DNA of 27,115 nt from Promethearchaeota archaeon (lineage in GTDB: Archaea > Asgardarchaeota > Lokiarchaeia > Sigyniarchaeales > SOKP01), in the NCBI GenBank assembly GCA_011364925.1, contig RDOA01000048.1, forward strand, positions 1 through 27,115, in the 5' to 3' direction. A program made the position numbers and the translations under genes. The notes below the pieces were generated by a model, which ran no database searches, had not been told where the DNA came from, and worked only from the letters and a program-made list of their open reading frames with translations. Positions 9,203-18,159 of the stretch are shown one piece after another (position 1 is the stretch's first letter; each line of letters starts with the position of its first letter).

Positions 9203-10795
9203 ATGAAATTGATGAACCAGATAAAGCACATAATATTTTGTATAATCGATGATGTGAGATCGGAACATTTATACGATCTTATCGAAGGGGGGTCTCTTCC
9301 AAATTTAAAAAAACTAATTGATTCTGGTCTACATTCTAGGAATTGCATAACAGATTTCCCATCCTTGACATATCCCACTCAAGTATCAATGATGACTGGG
9401 ACATATACGGGAAATTATCTGGAAGAGTTATGCCATGGAGTACCCTCATTTCATTGGATGGATCGACACAAAGTTCCGCCTGATTTAAGATCTTATAACT
9501 CTATAGGAACTAATGAGAGAATCCAAATTTATAAACTAAACGATGACTTAGGCTCGAACTGTAGAACCATGTTCGAGATGGTTGGAGATGGTAACACTGC
9601 TAGTATTGGTCAATTCATTAATAGGGGTGTTGATTATCTTTTTCCTGAGAGAAAGACTAAATTAATCTTGTATTATTTGTTGATAAAACATTCACACAAC
9701 ATTAACAAGTATATATTTAAAGCTAATATAGTTTCTGTAAAGAAGTTACTTAACACTTTTGAAAAGCCGAGAAAATTTTTTGAAACAAACGAAGCTCCAA
9801 TCGCTTCTACACTCTTATTTATTTCTTCAGATGTTGCAATGCATCTTTACGGCTTTGATTCAGAACTATATAAGTTAAATTTATTTCATATAGATAAAGT
9901 AATTGGTATCTTACTGGATGGATTAGAAAAATTAGGTTATCTGAACGAAACTGCTATTGCAATCTCCTCGGATCATGGAAACTATAAGGCAAAAGCATTA
10001 GGAGATTTTGGGAATTTTTTAATTAATAATGGTTTGACTCGTTACCACCCGCGAAGGAGGAGAAATGGAAACATGAACATAGGAGGTTTTAGTAGCGTAG
10101 GGTTTTTCAACTTTAATTCCAACAGCAATTCTAAAAGTAAAATGTGGAACCATCCAACCGTATCAGAAATGGAGAATTATGGTCCAAAGAAAATTAATTT
10201 AATCGAAAAGCTATTTAGTCTTGATGGCATCAGATTAATGTATTACTGTGATCCTGAGAACACATCTAAACGAGGAAAAATCTATTTGAGGAAAAAAGAT
10301 CGCTATATTGATAAAATTATTGAGGGTTCGATAGAATACGAGGGAAGTGGGAAAGAGTTTAAAACCAAATACTCTACGGTATCTCACGATACTGATGTGT
10401 TTAACTATCTTAGCGATGAAAATGCTAGTAAGTTGATGGATAATAAATTTCACACTATACAAGAATGGTTAGATAACACATACCAAATTGACTTTCCCTT
10501 ATACCCAGATTTACTTTCGCGACACTTTAAGAATCCCAGGAGGGCAGATTTAATAGTTAGCACTTGCGGTGATGTTGCGTATAATATAAAACACGGAAAA
10601 AAGGAAAATAAAAATTTATATTTACACGATATTGGACTCAGAAGAAGCACTGTAGTTCCACTAATCATTGGAGGATCGGAAAATATACCAAAAAAAGAAA
10701 TATCTTACTGCAAGATTACTGATATTGTTCCCACACTAATCAAAATATTAGGTAAAAAACCTCATCTAAGTGTAGTAGGGGAGAGTTTAATCTAA
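9203..10795 (+). CDS. alkaline phosphatase superfamily protein (type I phosphodiesterase / nucleotide pyrophosphatase)
   Basis: IIDDVR metal Asp, FPSLTYP...MMTG (Thr nucleophile), DVAMH..G, SSDHG and LHD motifs; no obvious signal peptide. Confidence 0.85.
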   Translation: MKLMNQIKHIIFCIIDDVRSEHLYDLIEGGSLPNLKKLIDSGLHSRNCITDFPSLTYPTQVSMMTGTYTGNYLEELCHGVPSFHWMDRHKVPPDLRSYNSIGTNERIQIYKLNDDLGSNCRTMFEMVGDGNTASIGQFINRGVDYLFPERKTKLILYYLLIKHSHNINKYIFKANIVSVKKLLNTFEKPRKFFETNEAPIASTLLFISSDVAMHLYGFDSELYKLNLFHIDKVIGILLDGLEKLGYLNETAIAISSDHGNYKAKALGDFGNFLINNGLTRYHPRRRRNGNMNIGGFSSVGFFNFNSNSNSKSKMWNHPTVSEMENYGPKKINLIEKLFSLDGIRLMYYCDPENTSKRGKIYLRKKDRYIDKIIEGSIEYEGSGKEFKTKYSTVSHDTDVFNYLSDENASKLMDNKFHTIQEWLDNTYQIDFPLYPDLLSRHFKNPRRADLIVSTCGDVAYNIKHGKKENKNLYLHDIGLRRSTVVPLIIGGSENIPKKEISYCKITDIVPTLIKILGKKPHLSVVGESLI

Positions 10796-10817
10796 AAAGG
10801 AAAAGGAAAAACAAAAA

Positions 10818-12239
10818 GTGATGACGAGATTGAGACTTAAGATACTACACATCAACGATCTCCATAGCAGATTTGAAGAATTTTCTAAAATAGCTTCTGT
10901 TATCGAAGAGATAAGAGACGATAATACCCTCGTTTTTGACGCGGGCGATTTTTACGACGAATGGCGTGTTGAGGCGAGAGGTACGAGAGGAAAAATAAGT
11001 GCTGACTTGTTGAGCGCTTCTAACTTCAATGCTAGAGTTATCGGAAATACAGAGGGTTTTTCTGAGAAAGGAAGCTTAGAGCAGCTCGTCCAATTCTCTA
11101 ATTTTCCGATTATAACATCTAATATATACGATCTGAAAGGTAAAAAAATAGATAATGTCAAAGATTACTACATTTTTAAGGTTGGATCGTTAAAAGTTTT
11201 AGTCGTAGGGGTAACTGGAGCATTTAATGAGTTTTATAACCTTTTTAATATTCATATCAACGATCCACTCCAAGAGATTAAACGAGTTCTTTCAAATATT
11301 CAAAAAACCGAATACAATCTTTTAATTATTCTTTCTCACTTAGGATTGAGCCAAGATAAAATCATAGCCAAAAAGATTCCTAATGTAGATATAATAATTG
11401 GAGGTCATTCTCACTCTCCTCTAAAAGAATGTGTAATCGAAAATGGAACTATAATCTGTCAAGCGGGTTATTACGGAGAATCTGTTGGAGAACTAACAGT
11501 AGATTATGATGAAAATCAAAATAAGATCATACATTACGAAAACAATTTAATACTAGCCAGTGATTACCCAGAACATCAAAAAATTAAGAAAATCTTGTCA
11601 GAAAACTATAAACGCGCTTATGAAAATATGTCTCAAAAACTTTTTGAACTTAAAAGAGAAATTAAGCATTCTTTCACTGAGGAAAGCGAACTTGGTAATC
11701 TTCTGGCAGATGCATTGAAAGATTTCCTAAATAGTGATTTTGGATTAATTAACAGTGGTGTATTAAACCACGGTATTAATAGGAAATATATTACTAAATT
11801 AGTTTTACACGAAATATGTCCTTCTCCACTAAATCCTACTCGTGTAGAAATTAAAGGGAGTGATATTTTGTTATCATTGGAAAAATCTCTGCTTGAGGAA
11901 TTCCAAGATCTCAACGGTTTTGGACCAGGTTTTAGGGGGAATAAACTCGGGAATATCCAAGTTTCTAGCAATGTTAAAGTATTCTATAATCCGGATAATC
12001 CACCCCAACAGAAGATTATCTCTTTAGAAATTAATAAAGAAACCATTGATCGATTTAAGTGGTACAAAGTTGCAACATCGGATTATATTCAGAGAGGAAC
12101 TGGATATACCGACTTTGCAAATTGTCGGAATGAAGAATATCGACCCGAATTTCTTAGAGATCTCCTTGAAATTTATTTACAAGAAGAGAAATTTTTAGAG
12201 TTATCTCTTCAAAAACGATTTATAAAAGTTAACTTATAA
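10818..12239 (+). CDS. bifunctional metallophosphatase / 5'-nucleotidase family protein
   Basis: HINDLHS, DAGD, GNTE, LSHLG and GGHSH calcineurin-like motifs plus a C-terminal 5'-nucleotidase domain (LGNLLADA, INSG, YKVATSDY). Confidence 0.88.
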   Translation: MMTRLRLKILHINDLHSRFEEFSKIASVIEEIRDDNTLVFDAGDFYDEWRVEARGTRGKISADLLSASNFNARVIGNTEGFSEKGSLEQLVQFSNFPIITSNIYDLKGKKIDNVKDYYIFKVGSLKVLVVGVTGAFNEFYNLFNIHINDPLQEIKRVLSNIQKTEYNLLIILSHLGLSQDKIIAKKIPNVDIIIGGHSHSPLKECVIENGTIICQAGYYGESVGELTVDYDENQNKIIHYENNLILASDYPEHQKIKKILSENYKRAYENMSQKLFELKREIKHSFTEESELGNLLADALKDFLNSDFGLINSGVLNHGINRKYITKLVLHEICPSPLNPTRVEIKGSDILLSLEKSLLEEFQDLNGFGPGFRGNKLGNIQVSSNVKVFYNPDNPPQQKIISLEINKETIDRFKWYKVATSDYIQRGTGYTDFANCRNEEYRPEFLRDLLEIYLQEEKFLELSLQKRFIKVNL

Positions 12240-12264
12240 GATTATAAGATTCTTATTTTCAATT

Positions 12265-13068
12265 TTAATCAGGAATAGTTGCTACAGCCCTTACCCACCC
12301 AGCGCTTGCTCGAGCGATTTTCACTGGAAAACAATAAATCGTGGCTCCTACGGGAGGAACTTTGTCTAAGTTATTCATTTTCTCCATTTGAAAGTACCCT
12401 AACTCTATTCCTGCAAAATGACCTTCCCAAATAATTGATGTATTAGGATTTTTTTCTCGAACTGATTGTTTCCATTTTTTCGCTGTTAATGAAAATGGAG
12501 CATCCCAAGACCATGCATCAATGCCGACTACGTGAACGCCTTGTTTAACGATGTGTATCGTTGCATCTCTACCGACTCCTACACCTGTGTTGATGTAATC
12601 TTTTGTTCCATAAAATTTAGGAGCGTTAGTATGAACGCAAAGAATATCTCCTTCTTTTAAAGTATGCCCGATGTCAGTTAGTTTCCCATCTACATCCTGT
12701 GGTGTCATGACATAGCCTTCTTCATAATTCGTGCAATCAAGAACAATTAAAGACCCTATTCCCCATTCTAAGGGGAATTCGTCTATTGTTTGTGCTTTTC
12801 TTTCTCCAATAAGGCGATCTTGAATAGGAGCAAAGTGCCAAGGAGCATCCATGTGAGTTCCACTATGAGTACCTAAAGTAATCGATTCCGTAGACCAACC
12901 TTTTCCATCGGGGAGATGCTCTTTTGGTTTGAGTCTGGTGAATACAAACCCCATTTCTTCAGCTCCTCTTTCGTGATCTCCATATTCAATACGCGGTTGC
13001 GTAAGAGGAGGATCAAAAACCGCCTCTTCTGGATTTATAATAGGTATTGAAAGATCAATAAATTTCAT
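12265..13068 (-). CDS. cyclase family protein (kynurenine formamidase-like metal hydrolase)
   Basis: IDLS start, HSGTHMDAPWHF, VGIDAWSWD, E.M.NL and RAVA motifs. Confidence 0.88.
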   Translation of the reverse strand: MKFIDLSIPIINPEEAVFDPPLTQPRIEYGDHERGAEEMGFVFTRLKPKEHLPDGKGWSTESITLGTHSGTHMDAPWHFAPIQDRLIGERKAQTIDEFPLEWGIGSLIVLDCTNYEEGYVMTPQDVDGKLTDIGHTLKEGDILCVHTNAPKFYGTKDYINTGVGVGRDATIHIVKQGVHVVGIDAWSWDAPFSLTAKKWKQSVREKNPNTSIIWEGHFAGIELGYFQMEKMNNLDKVPPVGATIYCFPVKIARASAGWVRAVATIPD

Positions 13069-13120
13069 ACATTTCAGAAGAAGAAATAAAATAAAAGATT
13101 ATTCATTAATTCGATAAGTT

Positions 13121-14215
13121 TTAGCGAACTGAAATTTTAGGAGCAGGAATAAAAACTTTCCTAAGGCCCGTTCTTCTTAATTTAATAGCATTTTCGGGAC
13201 AGGAGTGAGCACAGACTCCACATCCAAAACATCTATCCTCATTAACTTTAGCGGTGGCATCATTCAATTCAATTGAATTCATTGGACATGCATCCAAACA
13301 AGTACCACACCCAACACAATCGGTTTCGATGACATTTGCAATATACGATGTATAGGTGTGAGTTGGGGACGTTCCAGAATAAAACGCTTGAAAGTTACCA
13401 CAACAGCACGAGCAGCAATTACAAATAGCTAATTCTTCTTGTTGTGGATCCCCTCTTATATGGAACGCTTTATGAACTAAACCTATGTCTTCTGCTTCTT
13501 TTAATATTTTGAGTGCTTCTTCTTTAGAAATTGATTTTGCAAAGTTATGATCTATCACAAATTTGGCGGTTCTTCCGAAACTTAAGCAATTTTGTTTTGG
13601 AGCGTTAATTTTACAAGAATCTCCAAGTAAATCTTTTAGGTGCCGACAATAACAATATGAAACGCCTATTATATCGTATTTTTCTATAATTTTTCTTACC
13701 TCTTCCTCAGGTAATACTAGCTCTTCGTGTGGTTCTATTTGTTGTTCTATAGGGATTACTCTATCTATTGGTGGAGCTTCTTTAAACGCATTCATAACGA
13801 TATCGTAATTATTTTGAGTTACATCGGTCTCTTCTTTAAATAATGTATCCCACAATCTTGCTAGTTTCTTTTGTTTTTCTCCTGTTTCACCTTTCATAAG
13901 CGTAAATTCTAATAAACCGGGTAAGAAGGCAACTAATCGATAAACCGTTATTCCAGTAGTTTTACTTGGAATCCCCGTGATCATTCCAATGTTCATTAGC
14001 TCGTTTAACATATCGTTTAATGAAGTCTCCTCCATCTCGATTTTGGATTTTAGCTGATCAAAATTAAGTGGTTTTCTAAATTTCAAGAGAAAGACCAATT
14101 GATCTTCGTTTATTAAAGTTTTAAGTAATTCGATAAGAGTATTATTAATCGGAACGGGAGGTCCTCCAGCTCTAAGAATGTTTCTCGCCAGTTGATACCA
14201 TAACTTCTCAGACAC
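13121..14215 (-). CDS. 4Fe-4S binding protein (N-terminal HTH-like region, CxCR, ICNCCSCCC, C-terminal 2x[4Fe-4S] ferredoxin)
   Basis: CYCRH, ICNCCSCCC, CVGCGTCLDACP and CFGCGVCAHSCP. Probable GTG start at 14215 after GGGTGA (track start 14227). Confidence 0.85.
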   Translation of the reverse strand: MSEKLWYQLARNILRAGGPPVPINNTLIELLKTLINEDQLVFLLKFRKPLNFDQLKSKIEMEETSLNDMLNELMNIGMITGIPSKTTGITVYRLVAFLPGLLEFTLMKGETGEKQKKLARLWDTLFKEETDVTQNNYDIVMNAFKEAPPIDRVIPIEQQIEPHEELVLPEEEVRKIIEKYDIIGVSYCYCRHLKDLLGDSCKINAPKQNCLSFGRTAKFVIDHNFAKSISKEEALKILKEAEDIGLVHKAFHIRGDPQQEELAICNCCSCCCGNFQAFYSGTSPTHTYTSYIANVIETDCVGCGTCLDACPMNSIELNDATAKVNEDRCFGCGVCAHSCPENAIKLRRTGLRKVFIPAPKISVR

Positions 14216-14232
14216 TGTGTTAATCACCCGTT

Positions 14233-15342
14233 TTACATGGTTTTGATCCTAGGAGGTGGAACAAATACTTCACGATTTTCTACTCTTTTCAATATGATAG
14301 CCTGCTCGGGACAGTGATGAGCACAGACTCCGCAACCAATGCATTTTGAATCGTCGACTTTTGCGGTTGAGTCATTTAACTCAATGGTATTCATTGGACA
14401 TAAATCTATACAGGTTCCACAGCCTACACAGGTATCGTCCATTACTTCTGCTAAATAATTAGTAAAACAATGGTAAGGCATGACTCCATTACTATAAAGC
14501 TGAAAAATACCACAACAACAGGAACAACAATTACAAATAGCCTCTTCATCTAACTCAGTTTTTAGATGGATGTGAAATGCTTTGTGGACCAATCCTTCAT
14601 CTGAAGCTTTGCTAATTATTGCTTTAGCTTCTTCTTTTGATACTTTATTACCGAATTTATGTTCTATGGCAAATTGCGCGCTTTTACCTAGGAGAAAACA
14701 ATTTTTTCTCTCGTTTGTAACTTTACAGGGTTTTCCAAGTAAATCTCGAGAATGCCGACAATAACAATGAGCTAAAGCAATGTCGTCGAATTTGTCAACT
14801 ATTTTGGATACTTCTTCATTTGGTAAAATTTTTTCAACAGGAACATTATTTATTTCTTCTTCAACTGGAACAATTCTAACGATCGGAGGAAAGTTTTCCG
14901 ATTGTTTTACGAAAGTCTCATAATTATTTTGTGTTCCTTCTCGCATCTCAACAACCAGTTGTTCAAACAATTTAGCAATTTTCTTATGCCTTTCATCCGT
15001 TTCTCCTCTAAGATTAGTATATTCGAACATCCCTGGGAATGGTCCTAAGAGCCTATACACCATAGTACCTGTGCTCCTACTTCGCGTTCCAACGACAATT
15101 CCGTTATCCATCAAATCGTTTAGCATCTCAATTAATGCTTTTTTGTCAAGATTTGTCTTTTCTTTAATCTGTTCAATGCTTAAAGAAGGTTTTTTAAATA
15201 TCTGCAAAAAATCTGCTTGCTCTTCAGACATTATTAATTTTAATAATTCAATTAGAGTTTCGCTAATTGGCACTGGCATTTGTCCGGCTTTGACAATTGT
15301 TCGTGCTGCTTTATACCAGATTTTTTCACTTTCTAAAGTCAT
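14233..15342 (-). CDS. 4Fe-4S binding protein, tandem paralog of 13121..14215
   Basis: CYCRH, ICNCCSCCC, CVGCGTCIDLCP and CIGCGVCAHHCP; collinear with the downstream paralog over its full length. Confidence 0.85.
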   Translation of the reverse strand: MTLESEKIWYKAARTIVKAGQMPVPISETLIELLKLIMSEEQADFLQIFKKPSLSIEQIKEKTNLDKKALIEMLNDLMDNGIVVGTRSRSTGTMVYRLLGPFPGMFEYTNLRGETDERHKKIAKLFEQLVVEMREGTQNNYETFVKQSENFPPIVRIVPVEEEINNVPVEKILPNEEVSKIVDKFDDIALAHCYCRHSRDLLGKPCKVTNERKNCFLLGKSAQFAIEHKFGNKVSKEEAKAIISKASDEGLVHKAFHIHLKTELDEEAICNCCSCCCGIFQLYSNGVMPYHCFTNYLAEVMDDTCVGCGTCIDLCPMNTIELNDSTAKVDDSKCIGCGVCAHHCPEQAIILKRVENREVFVPPPRIKTM

Positions 15343-15463
15343 AACCTAATTTCCCATTCGTATATAAATCTGATTTTAATTAGATTGATTAATTCTTAAT
15401 TTAATTAAAATTCTATGTTTGAGGGTGAGTGATTTAATCTATTATTTCAAATCAATGGACTTG

Positions 15464-15889
15464 TTAAAGTGGCTCTCTAATCAAGTAATAAACTTTCTTC
15501 GATTTACAGTTTGGACATTCTACTCTGCGTTCTTTAGTAGCCAATTCGTCTTCCCATTCCTCGTCGCAATTTAAACAACCATATCCTTTATATGCTTTTT
15601 TGAGATCGATATTCCCGCCATACACGCGGATCTCTTTTCCTTCTATAAGAGCCCGCGTAACTTTTTGATGAGCTTTGTCTAAAATTCGAGAAAAAGTAGG
15701 TTGTGAAACATTCATATTTTCTGCAGAATCTTTTTGATTCAGAGAGATATAATGTTTCAGTCTCATAGCCTCAAATTCTGCAACGGTTAGGCCAATATAT
15801 TTTTCTATTAAAGGGTCTTCTGTCTCAGAGGGAAAATAAAAATTACTAGGAGGAATCTTAACATATCTCTTGCTTGTTTGACGACCCAT
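15464..15889 (-). CDS. DUF134 (HTH) domain protein with C-terminal zinc ribbon
   Basis: MGR...R.V, EFEAMRL, Q..SA..M.VSQPTFSRIL..A..KV..AL.EGK.I...GG, then CLNC...CPNC. Likely start MGRQ (track start 15898). Confidence 0.85.
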   Translation of the reverse strand: MGRQTSKRYVKIPPSNFYFPSETEDPLIEKYIGLTVAEFEAMRLKHYISLNQKDSAENMNVSQPTFSRILDKAHQKVTRALIEGKEIRVYGGNIDLKKAYKGYGCLNCDEEWEDELATKERRVECPNCKSKKVYYLIREPL

Positions 15890-15902
15890 TTCATTCACAC
15901 AC

Positions 15903-15961
15903 TTAATTCTAATTTAACAGAATAATGATTCGCAATGATGTTAACTAATAATTAGAATTAA
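15903..15961. promoter_or_regulatory. 12-bp perfect inverted repeat upstream of the DUF134 gene
   Basis: TTAATTCTAATT (15903-15914) / AATTAGAATTAA (15950-15961), with inner TAACA/TGTTA. Confidence 0.4.
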
Positions 15962-16121
15962 TAAGGATATTAATTATTTGGTTATGAAGTATAATGCATT
16001 ACTTTTTTCTGTGAAATAATTCCTTTTTAAGAGTAGTTTTTGCATTTAAAATGCCAATCATAAGATTTATAATTTTCTCTGAATGAATTTAAAATAATCT
16101 TAATTTGCAGAATTTTACGAG

Positions 16122-17306
16122 GTGTTTTATATCAATACAAAATATGCAAATAGAATAAGCAGTTTACCTGTATATATTTTCGCCGAAATTGAACAAATTA
16201 TAAATGAAAAAAAGAAGCAAGGAATGAATTTTATACCACTCGGTATTGGGGACCCAGATTTAACTACACCAGATTTAATAATAAATGAAATTATTGAACA
16301 GGTAAAACATCCAGAAAATCAAAATTATCCATCTAGCATGGGTGAGCAGGATTTTAGAGAAGCAGTTAAACGTTGGTATAGTGTAAGATTTAACTTAGAT
16401 TTTGATGCAAACGATGAAGTGACTAGTTTAATTGGAGGAAAAGAAGGAGTAGCTAATATTGCAAGAGCATTTGTTAACCCTGGAGATGTCGTATTGTGTC
16501 CAAATCCAGGATATCCCGTTTACGAAAACGGTGCCACAAAACTATGCGATGGTACACCTCATCCTGTTCCCTTATTAGAGGAAAATAACTTTTTACCAGA
16601 TTTTGAAGCTATTGATGTAGATATCCTCAAAAAAGCTAAATTAATGTATTTAAATTACCCAAATAATCCTACTGGGGCAATTGCACCTAAAAATTTTCTA
16701 AAAGAAGCTTCAGATTACGCTGAAGATTATAAATTCATTATTGTTTATGATAACCCTTATTCAGAATTCACGTACGAAGATTACACAGCACCTTCACTTT
16801 TAGAAATAGATCAAAATCATATTGAGATAAATAGCGCCTCTAAAATATTTTGCATGACTGGATTTAGGTGTGGTTGGGCAGTCGGGCATCGCGATGTTAT
16901 TAAAGGTATTCGAACTATTAAGTCCCATATCGATTCTGGTTGTCCTATATTTATTCAGAAAGCAGTAGCTAAAGGTTTAGACGAATATACATCAGAAGTT
17001 AAACCAAAAATAGTAAAAGAAACGATCGATACTTATGAAAGGAGGCGTGATGCTTTAATTACGGGATTGAATAAAATCGGATGGGAAACGAAAAAACCAA
17101 GAGCGACTTTTTATGTCTGGACTCGTATTCCCATGGAAGGAATTGATAGTATGGAATTTGTGAAAAAATTAATAGATGTTGGCGTAATCCTCACGCCTGG
17201 AATAGGTTTTGGAAAATATGGAGAAGGATACGTGAGATTTGCTCTGACTCAACCAATCGATAAAATAAAGGAAGCTTTAGAAAGAATAGAAAAATTACTC
17301 AACTAA
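16122..17306 (+). CDS. PLP-dependent class I/II aminotransferase, LL-diaminopimelate aminotransferase-like
   Basis: YIFAEI, LGIGDPD, LIGGKEG, PGYPVY, LNYPNNPTG, DNPYSE, SASK..CMTGFR.GW (PLP lysine) and PG.GFG..GEGYVRFAL. Substrate not determinable from motifs alone. Confidence 0.85.
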   Translation: MFYINTKYANRISSLPVYIFAEIEQIINEKKKQGMNFIPLGIGDPDLTTPDLIINEIIEQVKHPENQNYPSSMGEQDFREAVKRWYSVRFNLDFDANDEVTSLIGGKEGVANIARAFVNPGDVVLCPNPGYPVYENGATKLCDGTPHPVPLLEENNFLPDFEAIDVDILKKAKLMYLNYPNNPTGAIAPKNFLKEASDYAEDYKFIIVYDNPYSEFTYEDYTAPSLLEIDQNHIEINSASKIFCMTGFRCGWAVGHRDVIKGIRTIKSHIDSGCPIFIQKAVAKGLDEYTSEVKPKIVKETIDTYERRRDALITGLNKIGWETKKPRATFYVWTRIPMEGIDSMEFVKKLIDVGVILTPGIGFGKYGEGYVRFALTQPIDKIKEALERIEKLLN

Positions 17307-17342
17307 TACAATAATCCGTATTAAAACGATTTTTCTTTAAAA

Positions 17343-17522
17343 TTATTTATAATCTCTATTAATTTCATTCTCGATTTCAATTTCTCCGGGAGTCCAGGTT
17401 GTATAATCCAGATATTTCCAGAAGTTGCTTTCGCTCATACGAGATTTTTTTATCTTTATAAGATCTTTATTGCTTCCTAAAGGAAATTGGTTTTCAATTT
17501 TCTTAATAACTTCTTTTTCCAT
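17343..17522 (-). CDS. 59-aa microprotein A (MEKEVIKK...WTPGEIEIENEINRDYK)
   Basis: Strong GGAGGTG RBS (17534-17528) 5 nt before ATG 17522; lies downstream of structured leader A. Confidence 0.65.
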   Translation of the reverse strand: MEKEVIKKIENQFPLGSNKDLIKIKKSRMSESNFWKYLDYTTWTPGEIEIENEINRDYK

Positions 17523-17534
17523 TTTTTCACCTCC

Positions 17535-17749
17535 AAATATCAATTATATTTCCGTTGAGGTGCCGAAAACCTTTATGATTTCGATTTAATTAAATTTGGA
17601 TCCAATCAGGCGAGAGCAAATCCAAGAAAAAATTAAAAAGAAGATCGAAAAGGATCGACTCTCATTTATACAAATACTACCATTAATACTACTTCTAACA
17701 CGGATATAACTTTTTCAAATGAACATCGAACAGTAGTATTTATGATCAT
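17535..17749 (-). ncRNA. putative structured 5' leader, unit A
   Basis: Stem 1 AUAAAUACUACUGUU/AAUGGUAGUAUUUGU; stem 2 GAGAGUCGAUCC/GGAUUUGCUCUC around a U-rich loop with UCUUUUUAAUU; a weaker third domain follows. GU pairs form only on the minus strand. Homologous to unit B. Confidence 0.55.
17633..17665 (-). CDS. putative leader peptide MRVDPFRSSF (uORF in stem 2 of unit A)
   Basis: ATG..TAA occupies the same position as MKRINPFSFPFSF in unit B; length differs by whole codons. Confidence 0.35.
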   Translation of the reverse strand: MRVDPFRSSF

Positions 17750-17772
17750 TAAAATTAATATAGCAACGATAC

Positions 17773-17780
17773 TATTTAAA
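17773..17780 (-). promoter_or_regulatory. TATA box for unit A
   Basis: TTTAAATA preceded by purine-rich GAAACA, at -31..-24 relative to 17749, just 5' of stem 1. Confidence 0.45.
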
Positions 17781-17968
17781 TGTTTCATAGACTAAGCTAA
17801 TTTTAAGAAAACATATATTAGATAGGACTTTTTAATAAAATGAATCCAATTCTCATAATAAACAGAATATAAGCAATTCTAATCAACCCAAGGGTTGCAA
17901 CCAACTTAAAATTCCAATTTTTATACATAATTGACCAATATAATTAATATAAAAAGAAAAAATTGAAA

Positions 17969-18142
17969 CTATTTTGATAGTTTTTTATATTTTTGTCTCA
18001 GATAAGCCATTTTTTTATGATCCTCACTTTCTATTTTCCCAGGATAGTCTGAAATGTCAAACGACATCATAATCGGTGCAACATCAGAACTCCAATTTTT
18101 GTAGTACTCGACTATGGGATCTAGTTTTGCTTTATCTGCCAA
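17969..18142 (-). CDS. 57-aa microprotein B (MADKAKLDP...DYPGKIESEDHKK...)
   Basis: GGAGGTG RBS (18158-18152) 9 nt before an in-frame TTG at 18142; the track ATG 18160 overlaps the RBS. Lies downstream of structured leader B. Confidence 0.6.
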   Translation of the reverse strand: MADKAKLDPIVEYYKNWSSDVAPIMMSFDISDYPGKIESEDHKKMAYLRQKYKKLSK

Positions 18143-18159
18143 TTCATTCTTCACCTCCA

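Noticed and set aside
5759-15349. Short track ORFs overlapping tldD, pmbA, the phosphatases and the 4Fe-4S genes (5759, 7373, 7758, 9142, 10235, 10450, 10952, 11633, 14582, 15071)
   Set aside because: Antisense overlaps of well-supported genes; no independent evidence.
5658-18142. Microproteins as RiPP precursors processed by TldD/PmbA
   Set aside because: About 9 kb apart with unrelated genes between; no modifying enzymes or leader/core signature.
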